From a virus (taxonomy: Duplodnaviria > Caudoviricetes), in the IMG/VR virus record IMGVR_UViG_3300037087_000771, positions 1 through 54,439 of that record: a stretch of DNA of 54,439 bases. One strand, written 5' to 3'. This document shows positions 19,901-24,475 of this stretch, one piece after another. Position 1 is the first letter of the stretch; each line of letters begins with the position of its first letter. The translations under genes were made by a program, and so were the position numbers. The notes under the pieces were generated by a model, which was not told where the DNA came from, ran no database searches, and saw only the letters and a program-made list of their open reading frames with translations.

Positions 19901-22000
19901 TTCACCATGTTGAACCTCCACGGGGGTTTCTTTTGATCCCACGGAGGTTTTGTCCAATATCCCGAGCCGATACCGGGCGTAGGCACTCACGGTATCTTCC
20001 CCAGTGTATTCCCCAAGGACCGCAGCCTCCCCTCCTTCGGCAAATAACTTTTCAACCTTCGCCCGCACGAACTGCGGGGTTCCGGTCACCTGGGTGTCCC
20101 AGAGGTCGAACCTCTTTTTGTCCTCCGCCTTGACCTCTGCCGTGATGTCCAGGACCTTTCCCGAAGTTTCCCCGGTCACATTCAGCGGTCCTCTCGCGCC
20201 GCCCGTTCCCGCTATCTCCAATTTCTTGTCGATGCCCGCTAGGGCCTCGGGGGTGAGATCATCTTCGGTCTGGATGTTGACATCTCCCTCCGTCAAGATG
20301 TCCGTCGCCGTCAGGTTCTTCCGCTTTGCTGCCGGCTCGTCTCCCAGGAGAATGTCCCTCGCCGCACTCTTGGCTGGCTGCGGGGGCTTTCTGACCACGT
20401 CTCCCTTTGCAACGCCGCCGGTAGATTCGATATTTTCCGGGTCGAACCCGAAGGTAGTGGCCCTGGAGGCAACCGCGTTGGCCAGCCGGTTGAACTCTTT
20501 CCGCTGGGGCTCCGTCGCCTTGCCCGTCTCGATGAGTTTTTGTATCCCGACGGCTTTGTTGATGTCCTCCTGGTAGGTCAAATACTGCTGGTAGAGATCC
20601 GGGCTGATGTTCTTTTCATTGAATTCGTCCCTCAGAGAGACCCATCTTGCCACGTCTTCGCCTGTGGCGTCCTCCGTCTTTACCGCCGCGTCCAGCTTCA
20701 GGTATTCCTTGAACTTGCTCGTCATGTCGAAGTCTATGCCGCGCTTGTCCATCTCAGTCGCGAAGGCGTCCCTTGCCGTGGCCAGGTCCTTATCCTTCGG
20801 CCTCTGGTCCGACAGTTCCTGGGCGTGCTCGTGCATGGCCGGGAGGAATTCATTGGGGATCGAGCCGAACTTGTTTTCAGCGACAACGTCCTTCACGAGC
20901 TGGGCCGATGCCTTTGTGGCCATCTTGTCTTGGATGTGTCCCCCCACGAGTCCGGCACCGCCCATGCCCATAGTAAGAAGAAGGATGTCGGCAAAGATTT
21001 CCTTATGGGACTGCCGGAGGTCGTCGAAACTGGTCCATGAACGTTTTGTATCACCCGGAGAAAGCCCCATTTCCAGATCAAGATTGTGTTGCCACTGCTG
21101 CGAAACCATTTCCGTGGACTGTTCCGTCGCTTGTTCTGCCAGAAGTTTCCCAGCCGCTGACGCACCGTATTTGTCGAGTGTCTTCCCGATAACCGTCTTC
21201 GCGAGCTGTTTGCCGAATACGTTCTTGGCCGCTCCAAAAAACAACTCGAATCCGACCAGGTTTCCGATTGCCTCGGGGAGCGCCTCGGAAATACCCTGCT
21301 CGACCAGGAGTCCCTCGTTTTTGTCGTAGGCGGTTTTCCATTCTTCCGGGGACAGCACTCGCCCCACCGTCTTCATGCTGGTTTCATTGAGTTTTTGGTA
21401 TAACTGTTGGGCGGACATATCCTTTTGCATCCGGTATCCTGCCGCACCGCCTGCGGCCATCACTGCCGCGCCTCCGACAACTGGTGCCGCTGGACCCACT
21501 GCGAGACCCGCGGCGAGACTGGCCACCATCGACGCCCCCGAAAATCCTGCCTGTTGGGGGGCTCGTGTGATCGTTTGCGTGTCGATATCGGAAGGAAGGC
21601 CGAGCTTCGTAAGTGGTGCAATGACCACCTTATTGTCGGCGTATTTCTTCTGGAAATCCTCTGAATCCTGATTGGCCCTGTCGATGATCCTGGTCAGGAA
21701 AGAGTCCTTGTCGGCCACGGCCTCCCGTGAACCGCCACGGATCATACTCGCGGTTGCACCGGCAATCTGCAAGGGGGTTCTGATCACAGCCTCGCCGACC
21801 GCGCCGACAGTTTCGGCGATCTCCCCCGGCGACGCCAGCTCGTAACGAGCCGGAGCCGTGGATGCTTGTTTTATCTCGACCGGTTTCGAGATAGTGTCGA
21901 AGAAATCCTTCGAGACAGGAGAGGGAATGTCCTTCGTAATGTCATCGTAAAAGGACTTTGACAGCGACAGAGGACTTCTTACGGACGGATTCAGCTCCAT
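1967..22000 (-). CDS. Giant (6677 aa) polyvalent protein with DarB-like N6-MTase/SNF2 helicase core; probably virion-injected
   Basis: Uninterrupted 20-kb ORF with SD AAGGAG. Motifs: YHGT x2, HEWGH and HEMWARAFEAY, DPATG/TNVPF, GHEVGTGKT/DEAH/QRNGRGIR, HESVH, VDNVISSGAT, HNHPSG. Lies after tail and ejection-type genes. Confidence 0.92.
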   Translation of the reverse strand: MELNPSVRSPLSLSKSFYDDITKDIPSPVSKDFFDTISKPVEIKQASTAPARYELASPGEIAETVGAVGEAVIRTPLQIAGATASMIRGGSREAVADKDSFLTRIIDRANQDSEDFQKKYADNKVVIAPLTKLGLPSDIDTQTITRAPQQAGFSGASMVASLAAGLAVGPAAPVVGGAAVMAAGGAAGYRMQKDMSAQQLYQKLNETSMKTVGRVLSPEEWKTAYDKNEGLLVEQGISEALPEAIGNLVGFELFFGAAKNVFGKQLAKTVIGKTLDKYGASAAGKLLAEQATEQSTEMVSQQWQHNLDLEMGLSPGDTKRSWTSFDDLRQSHKEIFADILLLTMGMGGAGLVGGHIQDKMATKASAQLVKDVVAENKFGSIPNEFLPAMHEHAQELSDQRPKDKDLATARDAFATEMDKRGIDFDMTSKFKEYLKLDAAVKTEDATGEDVARWVSLRDEFNEKNISPDLYQQYLTYQEDINKAVGIQKLIETGKATEPQRKEFNRLANAVASRATTFGFDPENIESTGGVAKGDVVRKPPQPAKSAARDILLGDEPAAKRKNLTATDILTEGDVNIQTEDDLTPEALAGIDKKLEIAGTGGARGPLNVTGETSGKVLDITAEVKAEDKKRFDLWDTQVTGTPQFVRAKVEKLFAEGGEAAVLGEYTGEDTVSAYARYRLGILDKTSVGSKETPVEVQHGETVGQGAADEGEIANLIGKISRGEISEDFEFPESYTPMNISNLWDDLYSVKDDIDTKNKPKMDALIEERNKLKSAKDAVSRARKKQIDEEMDILGSESGFAMHHAETAFASAQEKLGLKAVELLKKEGIEVSEKDQDDIYELASVLSDVQQNERGWDHPILQQVVDEFKAAKKSAAGETPTTPASEGLTTLTGRVLTPPGIRTETNRLAIKDATAADSWLRDEAINEATAKNDEFNLLQFEGTNAKKLSQGDKEAMHQYLFGDTKPIFEMIQPDEGTTDIKAAGTGGKRGPAAVDEPTDKRNRARQELDDDVKKYRDAGHNINDHGVYTEPEKITIPFGKASGRTGSIDIAEGPDGKFRIGVHISKKYGDYDGSGHAPAIDGPEFNTREEAIKAGIEAIRSRTKGDDLKGIAALKDLAAFETTNVLSPTEIIAPEPTSEAYAEKMKNAGTADEGRNLISQYEEEFASIEREAGLEHSIGKGGSGMGGRGYSTLTLKEKKAIVTNVTAKNPVLGKKLQSLIADIDAAEAYWEVLLEKEHGGQGSYPDAPAKAEEKTDIKAAGTGGARAPKATKEATKASEAKKEEKPAPSSAEVKTKEEEAKSKVVKKYLLEHIDEALAARTAYENNKTEDAGPNHVIIDVPMDGKFVIVNDVEHLEKFKKNVSKLKVTAALNRLPQHSDKRTGKPTDLITKEAEAEVADYWAKRNEWKARYEGIPAEIEATKARLAKYQEIQRKVDAKEITLKQLGEDAKATSNAEDAGPEAWRDSWFGRTPTYNDLAARIMEIKKEIRGLEEQGPALEKTIREYYPGLAKEMFEGKATKETPVKDGEAPAGDIKAAGTGGVRGSKSEGKEPPVEEKETSVDKRSNEQAEISDRLRAENAREAEFEYQKKRTALLEDADKVSQAEKFSQEDAKRFLSDLDAAPGDDPKARQAILDKYPELTELTKPEAAKADIMKEISEISNEDLDALLDMPEKKETAPKTTNEAVKNIFAAARDRAAGKIPSAKPAKALDDILSAVAKEGVLGAGEALKGLYELFGGSSLKSLPGGIDEDTYAKAKPHFEAAFTHFIEVGKGLWEFASTMIAQFGDAIRPYLKQFIQEKRDKKEIDHPIREAYHGTSSNLLDDIRKNGLNNPYLAKTRELAQYYAKEAVDEHGGAPVVLRVRVPESSLRYDRASMDEPVKADQQSRNAAWNKAAREHPEWEEGGTVSIPEEGWKYSWDGVGSVRHEGNILPENMAEEGEVINLDENTGKGEGGARTRRKLTDQEKAEKEQKAAAAAERKEKKAGMGEFQNVGYVYDPEKLNQKIKDKSPKSAAKIILDEMVPGKIWGVDYPEGATPGVPRTKEMVQKYFLTFKEHLLSNRDRLRYMSGKSIEDKIEHWLNFRDGSIDKLKEWASEYGRTMQPIVDAFDGQISITNIIGRLQDTVLHGLRDETGRYEPYMEVRRSLVGIIANHDIVDKPNGLYNFLTDSWQNLLADENDILLSEINVNKRGRNKEVVRSGLADYRKGVELKKTEDFQAPFGFNGVGFGEEGWINQEERNRVIPAAFDAFMDLAATIGAPNIGMSLGRQLAVQFANLGHKAKGAAAAYFPTVKTINFTRDNGDGTMAHEWGHGLQDLASQRAKDEIEQVIFTFFHIYDFGAGSRLVNDILGKDSTFLKRIVSNKKQNRIAAVKEYVSELFEQAVRKETDYYSTAQQMDADYTARSHEMWARAFEAYIYDTLPGKNNYLVNDFVSAGRVGGKAGVGAKLVYPAGKERETFNETIKYFLDGLEWDENGHPSLKDEYVSIKTANELLLQTKLKELLAEVEDRYNAIWASDPSNDGYYWYRYDATSFGPMMQPDGYAGHDKGYTSEGQNGTGAVAYLTQLHPDDILDYKLSNIQYEGENPTYISKERGGINGSLQEDGAEPLEEVPARPDGSPDEGGDVREGDGAGSADGVGGARGPGKQRGPVGGVEGGSAEGVYPSPAGNYQITDPTLNDPKSVPVRFSLNLAAVKLLNLIESENRLASSGTVSFGEAPPGGWTEADKVPDNQRTIQPSINEKDILAQYSGWGGMSELFAYEPTAAWAGKAELLKAELNDDEVRDAASSSTSAYYTPVPIGTFMWKLAQRLGFTNGVVLDPATGANGLFLGTMPSDLAQGTALQGIEMDGVSARIATLLYGLASIETKPFQDVKKPNNRFDLTITNVPFENFSPTDLKHNKGGYRLHNYFINKMLNLTAPGALSMMITTSNTLDAVGPHLAEFAGKAQLVGAIRLPSGIYSSTQVATDILVFRKNIEGGKFVGVPAEEWTTTGTHESTGLTINNYFLKHPEMVAGKLEKITGRYGNESLRVVGEGDLQSNLERLAASFPDKIVEREAVKEAKSIDDIISAPGTIKEGGAYINDKGEVCEKLDGEEEKLPVATAGEQKKAEIVRLYVRILDQIRTLLRAQKTETDAKVIKEEQVKLKKWYDLFVKTYGPVNAIKNSAMYNEYTDSAWVLALEEHDPDTNKVTKLSDIFTKNITAFAARPDRADTDHDALAMALDEFGYPNLEYMARLRSSDVESVRLGVADKIVENPETGFLETIDEYLSGNVKRKLAVAREMATSNPEYARNVALLEAAQPAEIPQHRITARIGASWIDPAHLADFVRAKMNMRNDLHTVFNFNPVSNEWSMTFKGEEEYRKTKGHRGFSENKAETQRMIAAAKRSIEATTVWGTQRMDFFELMKCALMGKRPQVTFTVDRKQYLDEVATQAAEVKLQDIQSEFGRWLFAEAGRSDEAVKRFNDLINTSVPMNADGSHLTFPGKGMWMLTPKEKEALGVTDALTFYPHQMNATWKYLKNGNLYLGHEVGTGKTVTMGLIAMEAKRLRGKKKVLYVTLNDSTMGQAVQEIKNLYPMANILPVRVSTNEQRKQRSLQKIALNDFDIAIMRQQDLDRIGLSPESERVFIEEELLELREILEEAKKEGARILEQDIQVQIHALEAKLSAPGVHDEAKRKNLFFDDLGIDLMIVDEAHKYKNIPYATRLTRITGLNPTGSPTAKDFFRKTQYLNAQFPKKDGIVLASGTALSNSIAEMYNIQRMLQPQEVKRQGVWSFDRWIANYGDMGSQLEWDGARGQYKVITTNRRIVNAGRLLATAYQNVDSVRAKDTPVKRPIIRGGEPQRVKVQPNQYVEDYKKIILERCAAIEADPKNAEFEGVPDNMLRIISNMSKVAIDQRLDRRYANTEMQQDSKIATASKIMYRRWQEEAKHKGVQLVFADLGIPGKYSDKFKYKTEDETSQLAPEDLAIYNEEMFEHESASAGFNTYEGLKKELVKLGIPENQIAFIHDADHSNKEKKAANLRSLFKKVNAGDIRVLIGSTSKAGTGVNIQGRVSDIHHLDVWWNYSAWEQRNGRGIRAGNLYARDGMPGTYIWNYVTETTVDATRWDKVFAKGKVLNAVLGGDVNLDVIEDISDETMSAKMMAAEASGDPLMSTQATLLQKVQGLRFEQAAHLDVVRRSRMDLAAIPGRIEALEKCIADYQRSRSVMGKVTAVRFIGDDRTLVLEKHGKEISEALEKAVMVDTHSWTENKKAALLVFGSHTETEVTEEVEGKDGEKKEKKVKKYTFVPLPAKADITGKERDPYGRRLLISGSILSSDRNLADIQAKQGKDGIVTTVDIKANVSRTVTEYLSYLNHSEESAKGAIAELKSNAPKLQSVIDTPWAKVDELATNDKELREVEAQMAARGVSVGDPTTGIPIDKYKGVVPVLEDVADKDGWSFHDGIVYPHQDTTIGVRAKTDLSRFLKSGKLKPSIASSYNAPDALNALDGGKPQSPETKPIAYTVIDNVTKFWVPAGATFVTVDPVEWNLLQRIIGKGGAWHYEARGMGERFLIHVTETGERDAFINAKQESYVPQGVKDIDEKAMKGASPPTGQEKYSVGKEGGTGRRTMDMEMIQSIFPGQQVAPDGDNFTVTLKSGAQANIYGVAEITPNTVSLNAGYKKGLAAGQFIAGAFDGLDAQGRGVIRIVRDNANAPWTVSHESVHWLEKLGVISEMDKATLNARIQKEGKWNRDLSHEENRANWLADFAKGPQPNQTVLAQIWQKIQDFINRVVRIRTAGMIGRELQSGKIFEREIQDSSLGGEAYGTGKYDNFGDTAITDFSEDEAWHDIAYREPTKKAIARLNAWLKENKYATIRMYHGTDASIPVMKEGLKPTSARTAKSLQSSHGTVSLSLFPGMAHQFGRLAYAGKEIAIYPVDVLVKNLVPDNDQLRNKRHFGGRTDLGDTLAESIAIGHGAKVRGAVPVDWIRAGEEKPSVTAYDEALSAHAYISPRVKPSLSAKEKTIRDNAYGVKGMDPIVLDSVAKEMAALIPKEARKSAILVPIPGHTGDTAANVALAERIAAITGSRVADVLKRQAGQSQRDARVAGRRTMKPVEFGMVSTETLDGDNVFFVDNVISSGATIRAARDAVGGGKGLVYAKSNPKGEKYAIGTADLELPKRLGDKIKQAFRKDAVASILTDAGPIQSGPLDGGCRVLARALKRIEPTGKIITIEGQLEDGTWQAEHYGFELDGGMIDGDGYAASREAWAKRFAKNESLDRPYRITEGEVPSEDIPQDAPTEKKLASALEKELAPDEVYGEPRAKQGLAVYEHLPVFAITEKGLTRKPRRVLNNNQEVSNGQEVSGTAVVRADNAHAAGQGTDDKREISAPGGRVLPYVPERGTLPTVKSEPIGTWKSSRRKITSLEDAAVIARDNLFRDAQEVFVTIVTDKSGKILAVNLHATGAPNQSQVYAYFAAGQILNIEGASKVWTVHNHPSGQAKLSEADLSVSSNIGDLIADAGIESMPIIAITPSRYSDNTWSSEPLPPREPAIHEIPLLGRKFDQSPEGLESIGSQNEFEEFGRLYMKEGGMVLISAQRQPVAIIAIDDYSKLRPIHTEILREAEKRNAVDFMIYNAEKTLTKADIDNLLSFAKNTQLEFTTVRDRAGDHYEKIKELWGAVRNSKERKVFYSVQKDAIDNASIFPEVNERLKAAKGVKYASLKDRAKDALVTGWEHFTRHFQHLEPETDGAVIDVFRKFQDVPAWAKDETVRQLSGFIGRLSPQGRDVFTMNILLPDMIRDIENGTLGVEDEAELPFGYKNGDQVQQDYDHFRAIAEGSTAIMEALDRRNAFMVSLTDQLIQHKLLKKEVANDPAAYFHHQVLAYMNYKENPNWGMSSQDVRTHRKGWQVGRKGSQLDYNTEYVESEFEIISQALTQIETVKSLKEIERLADIKPQLEAEAKDQNMATFYRKTNEEGGDPLADHPDPLLPFRVKIAMGFQKLAKLFTSENDMGSLPMEFDDVIEHIVDQEEQRRAAKEDEIEFDPVPHPRMFALLNYLINHEGPGSMPAAMIFKAIAARNAFIKQVVGKDWVTYRDMIPEGYVAHKPETGSTFYFTNSIADQALAQVLAGHKNLPDAVRQVLARGRDEEWVVKEGISKTLNEFRPALTDSLPAKMSKNMLTAWKQWILMNPFRVIKYNINNMSGDLDIALAYDPKIITDYFTQAFKDLWAASRGNASETLMDELSGLTKRGVVGSGMTAMDIPELGDVKSVKGLVDFFDGKSKNALSRWWTMSKKLSTLRENILRLAANRYFLDRLGRGEIIYGASRKEEVDAIANREDKAAKLARELIGDYGNISHAGQYIRERMIPFYSWLEINAPRYVRLFRNLKDEGGGIGAMGGVLAWKTTKLAVKASALMGLVMLWNAAFFPDEEDELQEAGREQLHMILGRRTDGSIITLRFQGALSDALSWFGMSNPVEQVKKVASGTKGVGDLAKDAVKAAPLRLFQGFRPEPKLLYETLSGQSFFPDPLHPRPIRDTAEHILRTFSLDRIYNQVSGKPKQGGTWATQMYRDIQSLALNEADPGEQAYYTSRKYIFDWLDKQGKEKPAAMPTNRSNSLYYYKQALKFGDFDAAEKYLKKYQDMGGKLHDVQGSIRRVHPLASLRLADRYKFKASLSPEQQETLSVATAWYKKHYVDTYREQRMRMSQ
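5450..5830 (-). other. JAB/RadC-like metalloprotein domain of the giant protein
   Basis: QEVFV...VHNHPSGQAKLSEAD matches the JAB E...HxHPSG...S..D motif (HNHPSG near 5594-5610). Confidence 0.85.
5818..6009 (-). CDS. Candidate nested +1-frame ORF (63 aa) inside the giant gene
   Basis: SD AAGAGGT 6 nt before the ATG, TTGACA at 6053-6058, located in a low-complexity linker. No clear -10 box. Confidence 0.35.
   Translation of the reverse strand: MDKKYPEPRWCGLTMPMPPDRGPMINGKYPPLEEGCFPMFPNGVLSPPSKVNPSEPGNPPAEK
6200..6480 (-). other. Possible Cys-His (papain/transglutaminase-like) domain of the giant protein
   Basis: GGCRVLARAL helix followed by EHYGFE and IDGDG, a C...H...D spacing typical of papain-like folds. 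Confidence 0.45.
6610..7030 (-). other. Phosphoribosyltransferase (ComF-like) domain of the giant protein
   Basis: LVPIPGH plus PRPP-binding loop FFVDNVISSGATI (about 6655-6690). Confidence 0.85.
7110..7470 (-). other. ADP-ribosyltransferase-like domain 2 of the giant protein
   Basis: MYHGT...MKEGLKP...VSLS...A..FG matches the ART-fold first strand and downstream elements. Confidence 0.65.
7690..8190 (-). other. Zincin-like metallopeptidase (MPTase) domain of the giant protein
   Basis: IAGAF...TVSHESVHW...HEENRANW (HExxH plus distal Glu). Confidence 0.75.
9570..11510 (-). other. SNF2/SF2 helicase (DarB-like) of the giant protein
   Basis: Walker A GHEVGTGKT (about 11415-11440), DEAH (about 10935-10945), SGT, GTGVNIQ, motif VI QRNGRGIR (about 9787-9812). 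Confidence 0.92.
12900..13990 (-). other. N6-adenine DNA methyltransferase (DarB-like) of the giant protein
   Basis: YSGWGG, AYYTP, SAM motif VLDPATG, catalytic TNVPF, AIRLP...TDIL. Confidence 0.9.
13993..14217 (-). CDS. Nested overprinted gene (74 aa, +1 frame), helical, TnpV-like
   Basis: MGVFKRMAQNHWKKYLPAL...EEVLKEYILLPPETTK reads as a folded helical protein while the host frame here is a G/D/E/P linker. SD GAGGTG and its own upstream promoter. Confidence 0.75.
   Translation of the reverse strand: MGVFKRMAQNHWKKYLPALTAALMKEGTFEKETEQAAQMASEELAVLVSRGGQWAASREEVLKEYILLPPETTK
14280..14445 (-). other. DarA C-terminal-like domain of the giant protein
   Basis: YWYRY...FGPMMQPDG...GAVAY..QL....I.DYKL resembles the DarA_C pattern (Y...PG.QP.G...G.V.Y...L...YEL), recognised from memory. 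Confidence 0.55.
14292..14320 (-). promoter_or_regulatory. Internal sigma70-type promoter inside the giant gene
   Basis: Minus strand TTGACA (14320-14315), 17-nt spacer ending TGa, TATATT (14297-14292); about 75 nt upstream of the nested ATG at 14217. Confidence 0.75.
14560..15400 (-). other. LPD1-like (HExxH) domain of the giant protein
   Basis: AFMDLA...MAHEWGHGLQD...HEMWARAFEAY...NNYLV...YPAGKERE, characteristic of large-polyvalent-protein domain 1. Confidence 0.75.
16200..16570 (-). other. ADP-ribosyltransferase-like domain 1 of the giant protein
   Basis: AYHGTSS...IRKNGL..PYLAKTRELAQYYA...VVLRV...HEGNILPE. Confidence 0.7.
17371..20218 (-). repeat. Four dispersed copies of a (D/E)I(KA)AGTGG(A/K/V)R(G/A) peptide motif
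   Basis: Copies at about 20186-20218, 19031-19069, 18200-18238 and 17371-17407. Confidence 0.85.
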
Positions 22001-22022
22001 TTATGCTACTCCTTGCAGATGC

Positions 22023-23054
22023 TTAGAAACTTCCACCAACGGTAAGGCCCCTGGCTCGCCGTAATGCCCGGTTCTTTTCTTCCTCTTCCTTGCGCTGCTC
22101 AACGATTTTCGCGGCTTGCATCCCCCCTCTTTTCCATGCTTCCCCCAAGATACCGCCCGGTGTTCCGCCGAAAGCCGTCTTCCCGCCACTGTCAAGAGGG
22201 CCTGCAGCGGCAGTAAGGCTCTTTTCCGGAAGAACTGCTGGAGATGGTACGGCAGGTTGCACGATGGACCGTGAAGCGTCCATGACCGGTGGGACTGCGG
22301 GCGGCTGAACAACAGGAATAGGCGTTCTCGCTTCAGGGGCCGGAGTGCCGGCGGGCGACAATCCCGCCGCCGGAGTAGCTGCGTTCCCTGGGTTCAGGAG
22401 CGCCAGGGCGGCCTGCCTGGTGTCGGCGGGAAGGGCATTCAAATAGTTACGGGCGCTGTCAGGTGTCCCGGCTTTTTCGTGTTCTCTGAGAACCCCGACA
22501 GCGAATTCCGCTTCGCTGGCCACGTTCCTGGCTTGGGGCGTTGCGGCTGGCCTTGCGAGTCCGGTTTGCTCCATGAGTGACCTTGCCGCGTTCCCGACCT
22601 CTGATGTCGGCTTTTTCGTCAGGGTTTTCCCTTCAGCATCCGTCTGACTGACTTCCTGTGCGTGCCCCAGGATGGTGCCGAGGGTTGTCAGGTAAGACTT
22701 CTGCTTCTCGGTGCGGTCAGTTTGATCTGCCCTGCGATTCAGCCCTTCCTCGACGATCTTCTGTTTATCCCTCTCATTGAGCCCTTCAAGGCGCTTGACA
22801 TCGAGAGTCCCGTTGTTCCTGAGCGTCTGAAGATCGTAATCGCCCTTGATCGCAGTGGTCAGTTTTTCCTTCTCCCACGTGAGTTTGTCCTTGTCTCCCG
22901 TGATCTGGGCTTCGAGTTTCCGATACTCCAGATCCACTTTGCGCTCCTCTGTCTTTTCCCGGAGCGACATCTCCCGTCCGGCCAGCTCCATCGAGAAGGC
23001 CATCTTTTGCTCAAACAGCGGGATCAACCTCCCCAAAAGATCATCGAAATTCAT
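22023..23054 (-). CDS. Putative internal virion (ejection) protein
   Basis: 343 aa, coiled coil plus Pro/Ala-rich tail, directly upstream of the giant ORF; SD AAGGAGG. Confidence 0.6.
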   Translation of the reverse strand: MNFDDLLGRLIPLFEQKMAFSMELAGREMSLREKTEERKVDLEYRKLEAQITGDKDKLTWEKEKLTTAIKGDYDLQTLRNNGTLDVKRLEGLNERDKQKIVEEGLNRRADQTDRTEKQKSYLTTLGTILGHAQEVSQTDAEGKTLTKKPTSEVGNAARSLMEQTGLARPAATPQARNVASEAEFAVGVLREHEKAGTPDSARNYLNALPADTRQAALALLNPGNAATPAAGLSPAGTPAPEARTPIPVVQPPAVPPVMDASRSIVQPAVPSPAVLPEKSLTAAAGPLDSGGKTAFGGTPGGILGEAWKRGGMQAAKIVEQRKEEEEKNRALRRARGLTVGGSF

Positions 23055-24475
23055 GGCAACGCCTCCTTAGCTTTGTAAAATGACATCGGCAATATCATCA
23101 TGTTTGAATTGACGATATATGCCTCGTTGGAAGGCAGTTCCTTCGCCGCTTTCTCGCTGGCTATCAGGTCTACCATCTCTTTCCATTTGAAGTTTCCCCG
23201 CGTTTTATCCAGGAACCTGTCAAGATCTCCGATCCGCAAGATCGCTACGCGGTCCCCTACAACATAGCCGTAAAAATCAGAGGCTGCGATGCAGACCTCA
23301 ACTCCTCGGACGACGCACTTGTAAACCAAGCCGACTTTCCCTTCCAGGGGTGCCAGAATCTCGCTGATGATCCCGCTCGTATAATAGTTGGTCTCGAACC
23401 AGTTCCCCGCGTAAAGGAAGGGAGAGGTCTCCTGGAACCACCACACATGGGTCGGCCATGGCTTCGCGAGCAATCCGATGAACTCGCCCGGCAGCGGCCA
23501 TTTTGCATCCCGGCGCAGGTAGTATCGAAAAGAGGAGAATGGCTGGATCTTGTCGTACCCCGTAAACTCCGCTGCAGGATATTCAGCATCTCGGTTCATG
23601 ATTACATACCCGTGCTCTACCAGGTGGACCCCCGGACACATATCTTCCATGTCCGTCATAGGGGACATCAGCCCCTGGAGGACATCTATCCGGACACACT
23701 TCCAGCCCACGGGATTTGAGATCACCACGGCTTCATCTGCCGAGATAGGGACCTTTTCTTTCTCCCCAGGGTAAGCATCGATCATGTCTCCCATGCTCTC
23801 GGAGAACACGGATAGGGTCTCCATGACCCCCAGTGGCCCTATGGGAATCGACAGGAGCCCGCAATATAACTGCCCCAGACTTGTCTCCGGCTTCTTCGTG
23901 ACGCCTTCCTCTGACGAAGCCTTCGGCCCCGTGGATGGGAACTCCGTGTTGCGGTTGAGCATCCACATCTCGAAGCGCATCTCGCGGATGACATGGGGCA
24001 CACTGTCTGTTTCCCAAACCTTTGTAAACGTGGTCCAATCCATGTAGGTACTGAGGTCTGAGTATTTCTGGATGCTCTTCAACGGTTTGATGTTGTCAAG
24101 CCGCTCCAGGTATTTTGCAAGGAACCCGAGGATCTTCGCCGCGTTCTCCTGATAGTTATCCCCAGTGAAGGGGAGGATCGACGCGCAGATTGCCAGATAC
24201 CAGATGTCAGACGCAGCCGGCAGGGATGTCCCCACATCGTACCCATGTTCAAGCCCTTTTCTGGTGTTATCCCCGACATCTATTTTCAGCCACCGATTGA
24301 AGTCAAAATTCGGGATGATGAACTCCAGGTATCCCCGGAGACGTTTCTGCATCCCTTCAGTGACAGATCCGACCGAGGAACCGAGCTGGTTCAAACGAAT
24401 TGTCCGACTGACGGGGAACATCGCCTCGTATTTCGTCAGTAGGTCACTAAGGTCTGATAGATCCTTCTTGCTCAT
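23051..24475 (-). CDS. Hypothetical virion protein
   Basis: 474 aa with ATGA overlaps at both ends; C-terminal OB-like segment (GIISEI...YVVGDRVAIL). Confidence 0.7.
   Translation of the reverse strand: MSKKDLSDLSDLLTKYEAMFPVSRTIRLNQLGSSVGSVTEGMQKRLRGYLEFIIPNFDFNRWLKIDVGDNTRKGLEHGYDVGTSLPAASDIWYLAICASILPFTGDNYQENAAKILGFLAKYLERLDNIKPLKSIQKYSDLSTYMDWTTFTKVWETDSVPHVIREMRFEMWMLNRNTEFPSTGPKASSEEGVTKKPETSLGQLYCGLLSIPIGPLGVMETLSVFSESMGDMIDAYPGEKEKVPISADEAVVISNPVGWKCVRIDVLQGLMSPMTDMEDMCPGVHLVEHGYVIMNRDAEYPAAEFTGYDKIQPFSSFRYYLRRDAKWPLPGEFIGLLAKPWPTHVWWFQETSPFLYAGNWFETNYYTSGIISEILAPLEGKVGLVYKCVVRGVEVCIAASDFYGYVVGDRVAILRIGDLDRFLDKTRGNFKWKEMVDLIASEKAAKELPSNEAYIVNSNMMILPMSFYKAKEALP

Noticed and set aside
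19864-19908. GGAGGT plus ATG in the +1 frame inside the giant gene (MVKRWGRALLTKVK)
   Set aside because: Only 14 codons and no promoter seen. Possibly a relic of a nested gene, but not supportable.
1967-22000. Giant ORF as an N4-type virion RNA polymerase
   Set aside because: Despite the N4-type capsid, I found no polymerase motifs. The recognisable motifs are MTase, helicase, peptidase, ART, PRTase and JAB.
22001-22312. 103-aa minus-strand ORF abutting the giant gene start
   Set aside because: Alternative frame of 22023..23054 with no SD and no protein-like features.
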